From positions 25,497 to 89,496 of the IMG/VR virus record IMGVR_UViG_3300008740_000003: a stretch of 64,000 nucleotides of DNA; one strand, 5' to 3'. The translations under genes were made by a program, and so were the position numbers. The first letter of the stretch is position 1; each line of letters starts with the position of its first letter. The notes beneath the pieces are model-generated. The model was not told the origin of the DNA. It did no database searches and was given only the letters and a program-made list of their open reading frames with translations. Shown piece after piece: positions 30,364-40,930 of this stretch. Origin of the DNA: a virus.

Positions 30364-30731
30364 TGTCACAAAATATACCAAGTACAACAGAAAATAATTC
30401 GGAAACAAATGTAAAAGAATTTTTTAATCAATTTTTTACAGAAACTATAACGTTTCCTAGTAGTCAAGTAGATGCAGTTGTTGGATTTTTCGAATCAAGA
30501 GGATTTGATAAAGTTGCTAGTATAAGCACAGCTACAATTTTATTACAACAAGCAAAATTAGATAATGTAAATGTATTTCAATTAATTGATACATTAAAAG
30601 GATTAAAATCAGCTAATTTAAGTTACATGGTAACTGAAGTATTAAATCATAATAGATCAAAAATTTCTTCTTTAGGTTATAAAATAACCGATTCAAATGA
30701 GGCCACTCAAAAAAGAAATATAGTGGTGTAG
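30363..30731 (+). CDS. Hypothetical protein
   Basis: Coupled ORF in the structural operon. Confidence 0.6.
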   Translation: MSQNIPSTTENNSETNVKEFFNQFFTETITFPSSQVDAVVGFFESRGFDKVASISTATILLQQAKLDNVNVFQLIDTLKGLKSANLSYMVTEVLNHNRSKISSLGYKITDSNEATQKRNIVV

Positions 30732-30734
30732 TCC

Positions 30735-31172
30735 ATGAAGCGTTATCTAAATGGCAAATTCACTCCTAAGAATCCTGGCAAATACATAGGTAATAGATCT
30801 CCTTTATATAGATCAAGTTGGGAATTCGCTTTCATGAGATTCTGTGATGAAAGTCCTAGTATTAGTAAATGGGCCAATGAAGCAATTAAAATTCCTTACA
30901 AACATCCTTTCACAGGAAAGTTTTCAATTTATGTTCCTGATTTCTTTATAGCATACACAGATAAAAAAGGAAAAAGCCACGCAGAAGTTATAGAAATTAA
31001 ACCTGAAAATCAAACTAAAAAAGAAAGTATAGGTGAAAGTAGAACTAACAAAATACACTATGTAGTCAATCAAGCCAAATGGGGTTCCGCTATAGCATGG
31101 TGTAAAAACAAAGGTTTTAGATTTAGAGTTGTTAATGAAAAAGACCTTTTCCATACTGGAAGACGCGGATAA
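30735..31172 (+). CDS. Head completion nuclease (T4 gp4-like)
   Basis: GKFTPKNPGKY.G, YRSSWE, YVPDF, EIKP, NQAKW..A..WC. Confidence 0.9.
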   Translation: MKRYLNGKFTPKNPGKYIGNRSPLYRSSWEFAFMRFCDESPSISKWANEAIKIPYKHPFTGKFSIYVPDFFIAYTDKKGKSHAEVIEIKPENQTKKESIGESRTNKIHYVVNQAKWGSAIAWCKNKGFRFRVVNEKDLFHTGRRG

Positions 31173-31202
31173 TATTCTAAATAAATATAGTAGCATATAA
31201 TT

Positions 31203-31709
31203 ATGACCAAAAAATTAGAAGAATTACTAAACTTACCTGAATCTCAAGAAATAGTAGATGAAGAAAAAGCTAAAGAAGTTAAAGCTGACGTTAAAAAAGT
31301 AAAAATTGAAGACCACGAATCTACTAAAAGAGATATAGCAGAATTGGATAAAATAACAGCCGCTTTACCTCAAGTAAAAGGATTAGGAGATATGTCTGAT
31401 ACAGAGGTAAATGATATTAGTTCCAAAGCCATTGACGCATATGAAGATTTAATGGACTTAGGTATGAACGTAGAAAGCAGGTACTCTTCTAGAGTATTTG
31501 AAGTAGCTGGACAAATGCTTAAAACAGCCCTAGATGCCAGGGTAGCTAAAATAGATAAGAAGCTTAAAATGGTCGATTTACAGCTAAAGAAACAAAAGCA
31601 AGACTCTAAACAGGGTGTTGATGACACTACTAACATAGTACAGGGCGAAGGATACGTCATTACTGACCGGAACAGTTTACTCGAGAAGTTGAAGAAACTG
31701 GCTAAATAA
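31203..31709 (+). CDS. Putative terminase small subunit (gp16-like)
   Basis: Helical R.FEVA..M.K...A...K.. pattern, terminal DRN.LL..L; upstream of the large terminase. Confidence 0.5.
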   Translation: MTKKLEELLNLPESQEIVDEEKAKEVKADVKKVKIEDHESTKRDIAELDKITAALPQVKGLGDMSDTEVNDISSKAIDAYEDLMDLGMNVESRYSSRVFEVAGQMLKTALDARVAKIDKKLKMVDLQLKKQKQDSKQGVDDTTNIVQGEGYVITDRNSLLEKLKKLAK

Positions 31710-31714
31710 TGCAT

Positions 31715-32260
31715 ATGGACAAAAGTTTTAAAGAATATCTAGCTGAAAGTAAAAGAACTTACAATTTCAAAGTAGGTTTAGCAGGTATGTTAGCAGATGA
31801 TACAGCTGACAAACTTGAATCAGCTATGCAGAAATATAGTGTAGTTAAAATGAGTAATGGCAAAAAAACGCCTATTCAGAAAAAAGCATTAGATTTTCCT
31901 GCATTAGAAAATACAGAAGTTACATATTTTGATATTGAAGTTGAATATCCAACAACTACTTCTGTACTTGAAGAATATTTAAAACATACATTAGGTTTAG
32001 CTGAAAATCATATAGTAGTTAGAAAACCTGGTGACCCTTTAGTTGCTCAACAAGAAGAGCCAAAAGAAGGTGACGGAAAAGCTAATTTAGAAAGTGAATA
32101 TCCTAAAGCTGATCCTAAAGCACAAAAAACAGCAGGTACTTCTAGAGTAATGGAATTACTTAAAGAATTAGAAAAAGTTAGAAAAGATAGAGAGGCTCCT
32201 GATGCCGCTAAAGATGTTAAAACTAATCCAGAAGGCGACAAAGGAATAATGGAGAGATAA
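31715..32260 (+). CDS. Hypothetical head/internal protein
   Basis: Start MDKSFKEYLAES lies 6 nt after CTAAATA and resembles the T4 capsid-targeting sequence. Confidence 0.55.
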   Translation: MDKSFKEYLAESKRTYNFKVGLAGMLADDTADKLESAMQKYSVVKMSNGKKTPIQKKALDFPALENTEVTYFDIEVEYPTTTSVLEEYLKHTLGLAENHIVVRKPGDPLVAQQEEPKEGDGKANLESEYPKADPKAQKTAGTSRVMELLKELEKVRKDREAPDAAKDVKTNPEGDKGIMER

Positions 32261-32261
32261 G

Positions 32262-32738
32262 ATGGATATTAGAGATTTTATAGGTAAAGTAGACAAGATT
32301 CAAAGCAAAGAAGAAAACAGAAAAGAAGCTAACAAAGAAACTTTAAAAGAAGCAGTTCAGTTTTCTATGGTTGGTGACAATCTTGATGATATCCAAAACT
32401 TCTTACAAATTTTTAAAAATGCAGGAGTACAAGCACCAAAAATGGATGCCGCTACTACTACACAAGACGTAGAAGATATATTACAACCTGATGCCGAAGC
32501 TACAGAAGAAACTAAAGATGAAGTACCTGGTAAAGCAAGTACTACACCTGACCCAGAAGTTAAAGATACTAACTTTATGACAAAGGATATAGCAGGCGGT
32601 ATTAATAAAGCTAAAAAAACTTATCCTAAAGTGTCATCTGGTGACAATCCAATGGCTATGGAACAAGAAACTGTTGATTTTGTTGCAAAAGTTAAAGAAG
32701 ATATAGCAAGTCAATACAAAGAATACAAAGCAAAGTAG
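32262..32738 (+). CDS. Acidic hypothetical protein (possible head protein)
   Basis: GGAG SD; low-complexity acidic sequence. Confidence 0.55.
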   Translation: MDIRDFIGKVDKIQSKEENRKEANKETLKEAVQFSMVGDNLDDIQNFLQIFKNAGVQAPKMDAATTTQDVEDILQPDAEATEETKDEVPGKASTTPDPEVKDTNFMTKDIAGGINKAKKTYPKVSSGDNPMAMEQETVDFVAKVKEDIASQYKEYKAK

Positions 32739-32783
32739 TTTTCAAAACATTTTCCACCCCCCAGTTTACTACTAAATATTAGT

Positions 32784-34376
32784 ATGTCAATGAAAAGTTT
32801 AGATGGTGTACTAACCAAAAAAGCACACCTTAAGGAAAGATTTACAGAGGATCAACTAACAGATCTGACTAAATGTACAAATCCAGATAATGGTTTTGAA
32901 CATTTTGCTAAAAATTATTTTCATATCCAACATCCTGTACAGGGTAAATTATTATTCAAACCTTATGAATATCAATCTAGACTTTTAAACAGTTATCATA
33001 ATTATAGATTTAATATTAATATGCTACCACGACAAAGTGGAAAAACTACTTCAGCCGCTTGTTATCTATTATGGTATGCAATGTTTCATCCAGACCAAGT
33101 TGTATTAATTGCCGCACACAAATTTGCTGGTGCCCAAGAAATTATGCAACGTATTCGTTATGGATATGAATTATGTCCTGATCATATTAGAGCAGGTGTA
33201 ATAAACTATAATAAAGGTTCTATGGAATTTGAAAATGGAAGTAGAATAGTTAGCACAACAACTACTACAAATACTGGAAGAGGTATGGCGATATCATTAT
33301 TATATTGTGATGAGTTTGCTTTCGTAAATGCCGGTATTGCCAGAGAATTTTGGACTTCTATTTCTCCTACACTAGCAACAGGAGGTAAAGCAATAGTTAC
33401 ATCAACTCCTAATTCAGATGAAGATATGTTTGCAACTTTATGGAAACAATCTCAAGATAAATTTGATGAACACGGTAATGAAGCAGAACTTGGATCAAAT
33501 GGCTTTCATGGTTATACTTGTATGTGGAACGAACATCCGGATCGAGATGAAGAATGGAAACAGGCAGAATTAAGTAGAATAGGTGAAGAAAGATTTAGAC
33601 GAGAATATGGTTGTGAATTTTTAGTTTATGATGAAACTTTAATTAATAGTATTTTCTTATCAACGTTAGATGGAAAAGAACCTATAATGAATATGGGACA
33701 AACACGTTGGTATGAAAAAATTAATTCAGAAAGTATTTACGTAATAGCATTAGATCCTGCAATGGGTACCGGTGGAGACAATGCCGCAATACAAGTTTAT
33801 GAATTACCAAGTTACAAACAAGTAGGCGAATGGAAACATAATATGACTGGTATACCACAACAAGTTAGAATTCTAAAAGACATATCAACTTACATTAAAG
33901 ATGAATCAGGAAATCCTAATGGTTCAAATATATATTGGAGTGTAGAAAATAATACAATAGGTGAGTCAGCATTATTAGTAATTCAAGACTTTGGTGAGGA
34001 TTCTATACCCGGTATGTTTGTAAATGAACCTATTAGAAAAGGTCATATTAGAAAATTTAGAAAAGGTTTTAATACAACTCATAAAACTAAAATAAGTGCC
34101 TGTGCAAGATTAAAATCAATGATAGAAAGAAACAAAATGACAATTCATAGTAAACCTCTAATTAGTGAACTTAAATCATATGTGGCGGCAGGTTCCTCTT
34201 ATAGAGCTAAAACAGGTGAAAAAGATGACCTAGTTAGTGCATCTTTATTAGCTATGAGGATCATACAAGTATTAAAAGACTGGGATCCTAAAGTATATAC
34301 GTCATTTAGCCAGGCAGATGAAGATACAACAGAAAGAGTTATACCACTACCAGTGTTCGCAAGTTACACAGGGTAG
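32784..34376 (+). CDS. Terminase large subunit (gp17-like)
   Basis: PRQSGKTT Walker A, LLYCDEFAF Walker B, TSTPN, FRREYGCEF, ALDPAMG.G.D, DDLV. Confidence 0.97.
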   Translation: MSMKSLDGVLTKKAHLKERFTEDQLTDLTKCTNPDNGFEHFAKNYFHIQHPVQGKLLFKPYEYQSRLLNSYHNYRFNINMLPRQSGKTTSAACYLLWYAMFHPDQVVLIAAHKFAGAQEIMQRIRYGYELCPDHIRAGVINYNKGSMEFENGSRIVSTTTTTNTGRGMAISLLYCDEFAFVNAGIAREFWTSISPTLATGGKAIVTSTPNSDEDMFATLWKQSQDKFDEHGNEAELGSNGFHGYTCMWNEHPDRDEEWKQAELSRIGEERFRREYGCEFLVYDETLINSIFLSTLDGKEPIMNMGQTRWYEKINSESIYVIALDPAMGTGGDNAAIQVYELPSYKQVGEWKHNMTGIPQQVRILKDISTYIKDESGNPNGSNIYWSVENNTIGESALLVIQDFGEDSIPGMFVNEPIRKGHIRKFRKGFNTTHKTKISACARLKSMIERNKMTIHSKPLISELKSYVAAGSSYRAKTGEKDDLVSASLLAMRIIQVLKDWDPKVYTSFSQADEDTTERVIPLPVFASYTG

Positions 34377-34391
34377 ATAAATACAAGATAT

Positions 34392-36470
34392 ATGAACACA
34401 AGAGCAGTTGCAAACGATTTATTCGCTAAAATTAGGGGACGATTTCCAGCAGTCACTTTGGGTAATGACGCAGGAGAAGTTACTAGTAATCCCGAAGAAG
34501 CACGGTATTTTGACTTCGATTTTCAAGAAGCTGGAAAGCAACTAGGAAAGGTAAGTATTAGTATAGACGACAAAGATGGTCTAGTAGTACTACACAATAC
34601 GGATTTTATAGAGGATGCCGATAGTGGAGTAAAGCATAAGTGGTTTGAATTTCTTAAAGAATTAAGAAATTTTGCTAAATCAAGAATGCTTAATTTTGAT
34701 ACAAGGGATATTACTAAAAGCAACCTTGAAAAACGAGACTATCAATATTTGAGTCAAACACGTCAAGATGGCGAGGAAAAAAGAATGAGTGAATCTAATA
34801 TATACGGAACTACAAAAACTAGTTTTCAACCTATTGGAAATGCACGTTTAGTTATTAAACACTCTGCTCCAATAGATATGTCTGTTGGTGCTAACAGATC
34901 TCGAAGAATAGAATCTTTATTCATAGAAAGTCCTAAAGGAGAAAGATTTAGATATCCTCTTAAACATCTTAACGGTGCAAGAGCAATGGCTCAACATATT
35001 TCCAATGGCGGTGTTCCATATGATGATTTTGGAAAACATATAGCAGGATTAAGTGAAGAACTTTCAAAACTAAAACAATTTAAAACATATATTAATCGTT
35101 CAGCTGTGATGGCAGAAGGTCTTAAAAGTTATCTATCTATTGTAGATGAAAGAGTAGAAGAAATTAAAAGTACCTGCCAAAAATTACAAAGAAATTCATA
35201 TTATTCAGAAGCAATTAAAGATTATAAAACAACAGAAGTTAAAGAAGTTCCTGAAGAAATTAAACAAAATTGGATAGATGAATTAACAATTAAAACTTTC
35301 AAAGAAGAATTAAAAGACGTATTTCCTTACATTTATAATTTAGTTTCAGAAAAAACAACAGCAAAAGAAGTTACACCAGAAGACTTTGATGAAGCAGGAG
35401 GCTTTCAAGGAGAAACAGAACCTCATATGCTTCAGTATGATTTAGCAGGTGACTTTGATCAAGAAAATGGTGTATCGGACGAACACGCAAAAGAAATTGA
35501 AGCCAAATTAGCTGATGCTGGTATTACAGCAGAAGTTCATCCAGACGAAATGCGTTATCAAGGAATTCATATTCATACATTAGCATCTGCAGAAGAAGTA
35601 GAAAAAGTATTAGCTGGAATGATTGAACATATTGCTGACATAGAAGATTTTGAACAAGCATTGAATACTATTGTAGGCGAAGCAGAAAATGGTTTATTTT
35701 CATCTGATCCTGAAGAAGCTAAACAATCTTTGACAAAATTAAATAATTTAATGGACAAACATTTCCCTGCAGGAGTAAATGGTGTTAATGGTTTAGAAAG
35801 TTTACAAGGTATTATCGACGATAAAGAATTAAACGATCAAATAGTGTCAATGGGTAAAGAAGATAGTGATGCTTGTATAAGAGGCACAATAATGAATTAT
35901 ATTAAAAGCAAAAGACCAGATTTAGCTCAAAGCATCAATGTAGGTGATATGAAACCAGAAGGCGAAACATTTACTTGGGAAAATATTAAACCTTATGTGT
36001 CAATGTACAAAGGTGATGACGGAAAAACAGTTTATGATGTTTTAGACAAAGATAGTAAGTCTGTATTCCAATCAAATAAAGCCAAAGAAGCAATGGCATA
36101 TTTGAAAAAGAATTTTGACGCATTAAGAAAAGGTGAAATGAAACCAGAAATGCCAGCAGGTTGGGAAGATGATTCCGGTAATGTTTCTATAATGAAAGGA
36201 CCAGATGGCAAAATTAGTTTAGAACCAAAAGCTGAACCAGGTAAAGAAGAAGAACCAGAACTTGATGATCCAAAAAATTTAGCTGAATTTATTAAAAGTC
36301 ATTTTGATTATACAACTAACAATTTTCCAAAAGGTGAAACAGGTCTTTTAACAGCAGTTGAAAAAAGATTTGGTGAAAAACACGTAAGAACTGCTGAAGC
36401 TATTATCCAAAAATTAATGACGGGCCAAGATAAGCAAATTAATAGAATAAAAAAATTGGCTGGCGTTTAA
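34392..36470 (+). CDS. Large acidic hypothetical protein (possible prohead core/scaffold)
   Basis: ATAAATA upstream; acidic; ends RIKKLAGV. Confidence 0.55.
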   Translation: MNTRAVANDLFAKIRGRFPAVTLGNDAGEVTSNPEEARYFDFDFQEAGKQLGKVSISIDDKDGLVVLHNTDFIEDADSGVKHKWFEFLKELRNFAKSRMLNFDTRDITKSNLEKRDYQYLSQTRQDGEEKRMSESNIYGTTKTSFQPIGNARLVIKHSAPIDMSVGANRSRRIESLFIESPKGERFRYPLKHLNGARAMAQHISNGGVPYDDFGKHIAGLSEELSKLKQFKTYINRSAVMAEGLKSYLSIVDERVEEIKSTCQKLQRNSYYSEAIKDYKTTEVKEVPEEIKQNWIDELTIKTFKEELKDVFPYIYNLVSEKTTAKEVTPEDFDEAGGFQGETEPHMLQYDLAGDFDQENGVSDEHAKEIEAKLADAGITAEVHPDEMRYQGIHIHTLASAEEVEKVLAGMIEHIADIEDFEQALNTIVGEAENGLFSSDPEEAKQSLTKLNNLMDKHFPAGVNGVNGLESLQGIIDDKELNDQIVSMGKEDSDACIRGTIMNYIKSKRPDLAQSINVGDMKPEGETFTWENIKPYVSMYKGDDGKTVYDVLDKDSKSVFQSNKAKEAMAYLKKNFDALRKGEMKPEMPAGWEDDSGNVSIMKGPDGKISLEPKAEPGKEEEPELDDPKNLAEFIKSHFDYTTNNFPKGETGLLTAVEKRFGEKHVRTAEAIIQKLMTGQDKQINRIKKLAGV

Positions 36471-36497
36471 TCCTAAAATCATATCCAAAAAAAATAC

Positions 36498-36554
36498 TTG
36501 ACTAAATATTAGAGTTAATATAGTATTGACATTATGTTTGTCTTGTGCTACATT
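36498..36554 (+). promoter_or_regulatory. Tandem sigma70-type promoters (plus CTAAATA) for gp32
   Basis: TTGACT(36498)-17-TAGTAT and TTGACA(36526)-17-TACATT. Confidence 0.65.
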
Positions 36555-36601
36555 AACAATAAGGCACAATTAACAAAGGCTAAAAATAGGAGGCTTATAT
36601 T

Positions 36602-37549
36602 ATGGCAACATTAGCAGACATTCGTGCAAAACTTAAAGAACAAGAAGCACGACAAGGCGGCGGAAGCCGATCAGGCGGAGACAACGCCATTTTTCCATTT
36701 TGGAATCTGAAAGAAGGAGAGCAGGCAACTGTTCGTTTCTTGCCGGATGGAAATAAAGAAAACACTTTTTTCTGGAAGGAACGTTTAATGATTAAACTAC
36801 CTTTCCAAGGCATAAAAAGTGAAACAGACTCTAAACCGGTACAGGTACAAGTTCCATGTATGGAAATGTATGGAGAATCTTGTCCTATACTATCAGAAGT
36901 TAGAGGATGGTTTAAAGATCCCAAGTTAGAGGATATGGGAAGAAAATATTGGAAGAAAAGATCTTATATCTTTCAAGGTTTTGTTGGAACAAATCCTTTA
37001 AATGAGGAAACTACACCAGAAAATCCAATTAGAAGATTTATAATTGGACCACAAATTTTCCAAATTATCAAAGGTGCATTAATGGACCCAGACATGGAAG
37101 ATTTGCCAACGGATTCAGTAAACGGTGTTGATTTTAGAATAATCAAAACTAGCAAAGGTGGCTATGCAGATTATTCAACTTCGACTTGGTCAAGAAAATC
37201 AAGACCACTTTCTGAAGAAGAAAATAAAGCAGTTGAACAACATAGTTTGTGGAACTTGAGCGACTTTCTTCCAAAGAAACCATCTGAAGTAGACGTTAAA
37301 GTAATCAAAGAAATGTTTGAAGCATCTGTGGATGGCGAAGCATATGACCAAGAAAAATATGGTCAATACTTTAGACCAGCAGGTATTAGTGCAAGAACAG
37401 GTGATCCAGTAGCAACGCCAAAAGCGACTACACCAGAACCTAAAAAAAGTACGGTTCAGGAAACACCTAAGTCTAATGCTGATACTAATAAACAGAATAG
37501 TAAGGCTGAAGACATTTTAGCGATGATTAGAGCAAGACAACAAAAGTAA
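36602..37549 (+). CDS. ssDNA-binding protein (T4 gp32-like)
   Basis: VRFLPD, C.E....CPI, YWKKRSY, G.DF...KT.KGGYADYSTS; AGGAGG SD. Confidence 0.9.
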   Translation: MATLADIRAKLKEQEARQGGGSRSGGDNAIFPFWNLKEGEQATVRFLPDGNKENTFFWKERLMIKLPFQGIKSETDSKPVQVQVPCMEMYGESCPILSEVRGWFKDPKLEDMGRKYWKKRSYIFQGFVGTNPLNEETTPENPIRRFIIGPQIFQIIKGALMDPDMEDLPTDSVNGVDFRIIKTSKGGYADYSTSTWSRKSRPLSEEENKAVEQHSLWNLSDFLPKKPSEVDVKVIKEMFEASVDGEAYDQEKYGQYFRPAGISARTGDPVATPKATTPEPKKSTVQETPKSNADTNKQNSKAEDILAMIRARQQK

Positions 37550-37558
37550 CTTAATTAA

Positions 37559-37585
37559 TATGGTGGGGGCTAGTTCCCCACTATA
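37559..37585 (+). terminator. Stem-loop after gp32 (terminator or processing site)
   Basis: TATGGTGGGGG-CTAGT-TCCCCACTATA; weak U-tract. Confidence 0.5.
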
Positions 37586-37593
37586 GAAATATT

Positions 37594-37692
37594 ATGAAAA
37601 GAGAAATTAAAAAAATAATAGACTGGATATTATATAAACAAATTCCTGCCTGGATATTGTTAGTAGTAATAATTATCTGGATCTTAATATAG
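37594..37692 (+). CDS. 32-aa single-TM peptide (not in the ORF track)
   Basis: MKREIKKIIDWILYKQIPAWILLVVIIIWILI*; fills the gap before uvsX. Confidence 0.5.
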   Translation: MKREIKKIIDWILYKQIPAWILLVVIIIWILI

Positions 37693-37700
37693 GATAAACA

Positions 37701-38765
37701 ATGGCAAATAAGGCATTCGACGCATCAAAATTCAGAAAAAATTTAACAAAAAGTATAACAGGATTAGGTATAGGATTTACAGATCCAACAGATTGGATAA
37801 GCACAGGTAATTATGCATTAAATTATCTAATATCAGGAGATTTCAATAAAGGTGTTCCATTAGGAAAAGTTACAGTATTAGCAGGTGAACCACAAGCAGG
37901 TAAATCTTATATAGCATCAGGTAATATTGTTAAAGCGGCACAAGATCAAGGAATTTTTGTAATTTTAATAGATTCAGAAAATGCTTTAGATGAAAAATGG
38001 TTACAAGCACTTAACGTAGATACAGATGAGAAAAAACTTTTAAAATTAAGTTTATCTATGATAGATGATGTAGCAAAAACTATATCAACATTTATGAAAG
38101 ATTACAAAGAACAATATGCAGATAATAAAGTAGATGCACCAAAAATTTTATTTGTAGTTGATAGTTTAGGTATGTTATTAACACCAACTGATGTTGATCA
38201 ATTTGAGAAAGGTGATATGAAAGGTGATTTAGGTAGAAAAGCAAAATCACTAACAGCACTTGTAAGAAATTGTGTTAATATGTTTGGTAGTTGGAATGTC
38301 GGACTTGTTGCAACAAATCATACTTACGCATCACAAGATATGTTTGACCCAGATGATAAAATATCAGGTGGACAAGGATTTGTATATGCATCAAGTATTG
38401 TAATTGCAATGAAAAAATTAAAGTTAAAAGAAGATGAAGATGGTAATAAAATAACAGATGTACGTGGTATTAGAGCATCTTGTAAAGTAATGAAAACAAG
38501 ATTTGCTAAACCATTTGAAGCAGTACAAGTTAAAATTCCATATGATACAGGTATGGATCCTAACAGTGGATTAGTAGACTTATTTGAGAAAAAAGGTATT
38601 TTAGTCAAGTCGGGTAATAGATTAAAGTACGTCGGACCTGACGGAAAAGAGCACTTAGAGTATAGAAAAGCGTGGACCGGAGATAAATTAAAGATGTTAA
38701 TGGATGATTTTGACCAAATGCAAGATAATCCAACAGCAAAAGAAATTGAAGAAGAAACGGAGTAA
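37701..38765 (+). CDS. uvsX: RecA/UvsX recombinase
   Basis: ISTGNYALN, AGEPQAGKS, IDSENA, VVDSLG, ATNHTY, SGGQG..YASS, KTRF.KPF. Confidence 0.93.
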   Translation: MANKAFDASKFRKNLTKSITGLGIGFTDPTDWISTGNYALNYLISGDFNKGVPLGKVTVLAGEPQAGKSYIASGNIVKAAQDQGIFVILIDSENALDEKWLQALNVDTDEKKLLKLSLSMIDDVAKTISTFMKDYKEQYADNKVDAPKILFVVDSLGMLLTPTDVDQFEKGDMKGDLGRKAKSLTALVRNCVNMFGSWNVGLVATNHTYASQDMFDPDDKISGGQGFVYASSIVIAMKKLKLKEDEDGNKITDVRGIRASCKVMKTRFAKPFEAVQVKIPYDTGMDPNSGLVDLFEKKGILVKSGNRLKYVGPDGKEHLEYRKAWTGDKLKMLMDDFDQMQDNPTAKEIEEETE

Positions 38766-38768
38766 ACT

Positions 38769-39002
38769 ATGCTTGATTCTAACAAAGTAATAGAGCTATG
38801 GCAGTTCTTTAAAGAATATCTAGATCAAAAACAAATAGAAGTAATTGCAGAAAAGTATGTTGATTTATTAGCAGACTACGGAGTTCCAGACGAAGAATTA
38901 CAAGATGCAATAGGTCATGACGATACATTAGATGATGCAATAAATTATTATTTAGATGTAGATAATGAGGATAAACACGACGACGAATTAGAGGATTATT
39001 AA
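38769..39002 (+). CDS. Small acidic hypothetical protein
   Basis: GGAG SD; coupled to uvsY. Confidence 0.6.
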   Translation: MLDSNKVIELWQFFKEYLDQKQIEVIAEKYVDLLADYGVPDEELQDAIGHDDTLDDAINYYLDVDNEDKHDDELEDY

Positions 39003-39460
39003 TGTCAAATTGGTATACAATAATAGCAAGAGACGTTAGTAAAATACCAGAAGCAATCAAACATTTTGAAACTGAATTACAAAGTGCAAGATATGAAATA
39101 AAAATTAAAGGTAATGTTGAAAAACAATCAGCAGATTTACCTGGTGTAGTAGAAAATAGATTCCATCAATTACAAGAAATAGAAGCAATATTAGAATACT
39201 TAAACATAGAATTAAGAAGATTAAGAAGTAAATTTTTCAAAAAATATCTAGAAAATTATCAAAGAGCATTGTCTAGTAGAGACGTAGAAAAATACGTAGA
39301 TGGTGAACCAGACGTTGTAGATTACGAAAAAATTATTAATGAATTTGCGTTATTGCGTAATAAATGGTTAGCAGTGACCAAAGGATTAGACCAAAAGCAG
39401 TGGCAATTAACTAACATAGTTAAGTTAAGAGTTGCTGGTATGGAAGACGCAACCGTTTAA
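39002..39460 (+). CDS. uvsY: Recombination mediator UvsY-like
   Basis: Helical; KY..NY.R.L..RD.EKYVDGE, K.LD.K.WQL.N.VKL; next to uvsX. Confidence 0.75.
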   Translation: MSNWYTIIARDVSKIPEAIKHFETELQSARYEIKIKGNVEKQSADLPGVVENRFHQLQEIEAILEYLNIELRRLRSKFFKKYLENYQRALSSRDVEKYVDGEPDVVDYEKIINEFALLRNKWLAVTKGLDQKQWQLTNIVKLRVAGMEDATV

Positions 39461-39503
39461 CACCTTCCACCAAACTCCCTCCAAATAAATATTAAAAATA
39501 ACC

Positions 39504-40358
39504 ATGACTGATTTCAAATTACCAAAATTAGAAGGTGACGTTTGTTTAGGACAACACATAATATATTTTAGTTGTGATCCAAAATATTGGGAGAACCACG
39601 GAATATATTTGGTTAAAAGCACGGCACATTATAATCCTCATATATCTATTCACGTACATATTTTATTTAATAACAAAGAAGTTACCATTAATAAATTTAT
39701 AGGCAGAAACAATAATATAACTTATTCATATGAATTTGTTACTGATAAGTTTTTAAAGACTTTAAAATTATCTAGTAATGATTATTATAAAAAAAGAAGT
39801 CATACGTTACTCAATACAAATAGTGAAAAAATAATCAAACAAAAAATATATTTTGCTAGTGCAAGATTTATTAGAATGAAAGAACTTTTTAGTGATTACC
39901 AATATGTATTACAATTAGATGCTGACGGACTTTGTCGTAAAAAATTTACTATAGATGACTTTGAAAAAATTACAAATTCACCATCAGCAATGAGAAAACC
40001 AAAAGATCCTAGTACATTAATTGCAAGTTGTATAACGCCTGGAACAGGAAAAGAAGGTTCTAAATTTAAAACTGATTTAGCAGAACAAATGACTAAAACT
40101 TTTGCAGGAGAAATTTATTGGTTTATAGATCAAGTTGTATTAAAAAAAGTTTTTAGTAAATTTAAATTTGAATCTATTCCTTATCATTGGAATGCTTGGG
40201 GTTTTAAACCTGCAGATATATTCAGTACAGCAAAAGGTAAAAAGAAAAATAATTGGAGATACCTTGATGTAAGAGCAAATTGGTTAGATGAAAAAGCAAG
40301 AAAAGAATATATTTTAAATTGTACAGAAGATAGAAAGAGAAATTTACTTAACAAATGA
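39504..40358 (+). CDS. GT-A glycosyltransferase-like
   Basis: YFASARF, LQLDAD (DxD), WFIDQVVL. Confidence 0.6.
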   Translation: MTDFKLPKLEGDVCLGQHIIYFSCDPKYWENHGIYLVKSTAHYNPHISIHVHILFNNKEVTINKFIGRNNNITYSYEFVTDKFLKTLKLSSNDYYKKRSHTLLNTNSEKIIKQKIYFASARFIRMKELFSDYQYVLQLDADGLCRKKFTIDDFEKITNSPSAMRKPKDPSTLIASCITPGTGKEGSKFKTDLAEQMTKTFAGEIYWFIDQVVLKKVFSKFKFESIPYHWNAWGFKPADIFSTAKGKKKNNWRYLDVRANWLDEKARKEYILNCTEDRKRNLLNK

Positions 40359-40930
40359 AAATACAAGGTTACATAATTTATTTGCCTAATCATAAAAATA
40401 GTGTTGAATGGAGTAATGAAGCATTAAAATCTGGAGAAAAATATAATTGGAATTTACAATTATTTCCTGGCATAGATGGCAAAAAAGAAACTCTTAAATA
40501 TTATGGTTTAACAATATATGAAAAAAATAAAAAATGCAAAAGATATATGTCTAGACCAGGCACAGCCGGTTGCTTTTTAAGTCAATTCCAATTATGGAAC
40601 TATTGTTATCATACTAATAAAACTATAGCAATATTTGAACACGATGTAATTTTTAAAAAGCCTATGGCACAACAATATAAATTTAAAGATGTAATTAAAT
40701 TAGAAGGATTTAATAAAGCAAAACCTGTCGCAGGACAATGGTGGGAAGGTGCAAGAGCATATCTAATTAAACCAAAAGGTGCTAAAAAAATAATAGACTG
40801 GGTTAAACTTAATGGTGCTATGCCGGCAGACTGGATGTTAAATGATGGTATAGTAGATGTTAAGTTTGATACAAATAAAGCAGTAACATATAAACAAAGA
40901 AGATTTAGCTTTACAAAGGATTTAAAATGA
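40355..40930 (+). CDS. GT25 (LPS biosynthesis-type) glycosyltransferase
   Basis: YIIYL, F.GIDG, GCFLSQ..LW, IFEHD, AYLIKP.GA.K, PAD. Confidence 0.8.
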   Translation: MKIQGYIIYLPNHKNSVEWSNEALKSGEKYNWNLQLFPGIDGKKETLKYYGLTIYEKNKKCKRYMSRPGTAGCFLSQFQLWNYCYHTNKTIAIFEHDVIFKKPMAQQYKFKDVIKLEGFNKAKPVAGQWWEGARAYLIKPKGAKKIIDWVKLNGAMPADWMLNDGIVDVKFDTNKAVTYKQRRFSFTKDLK

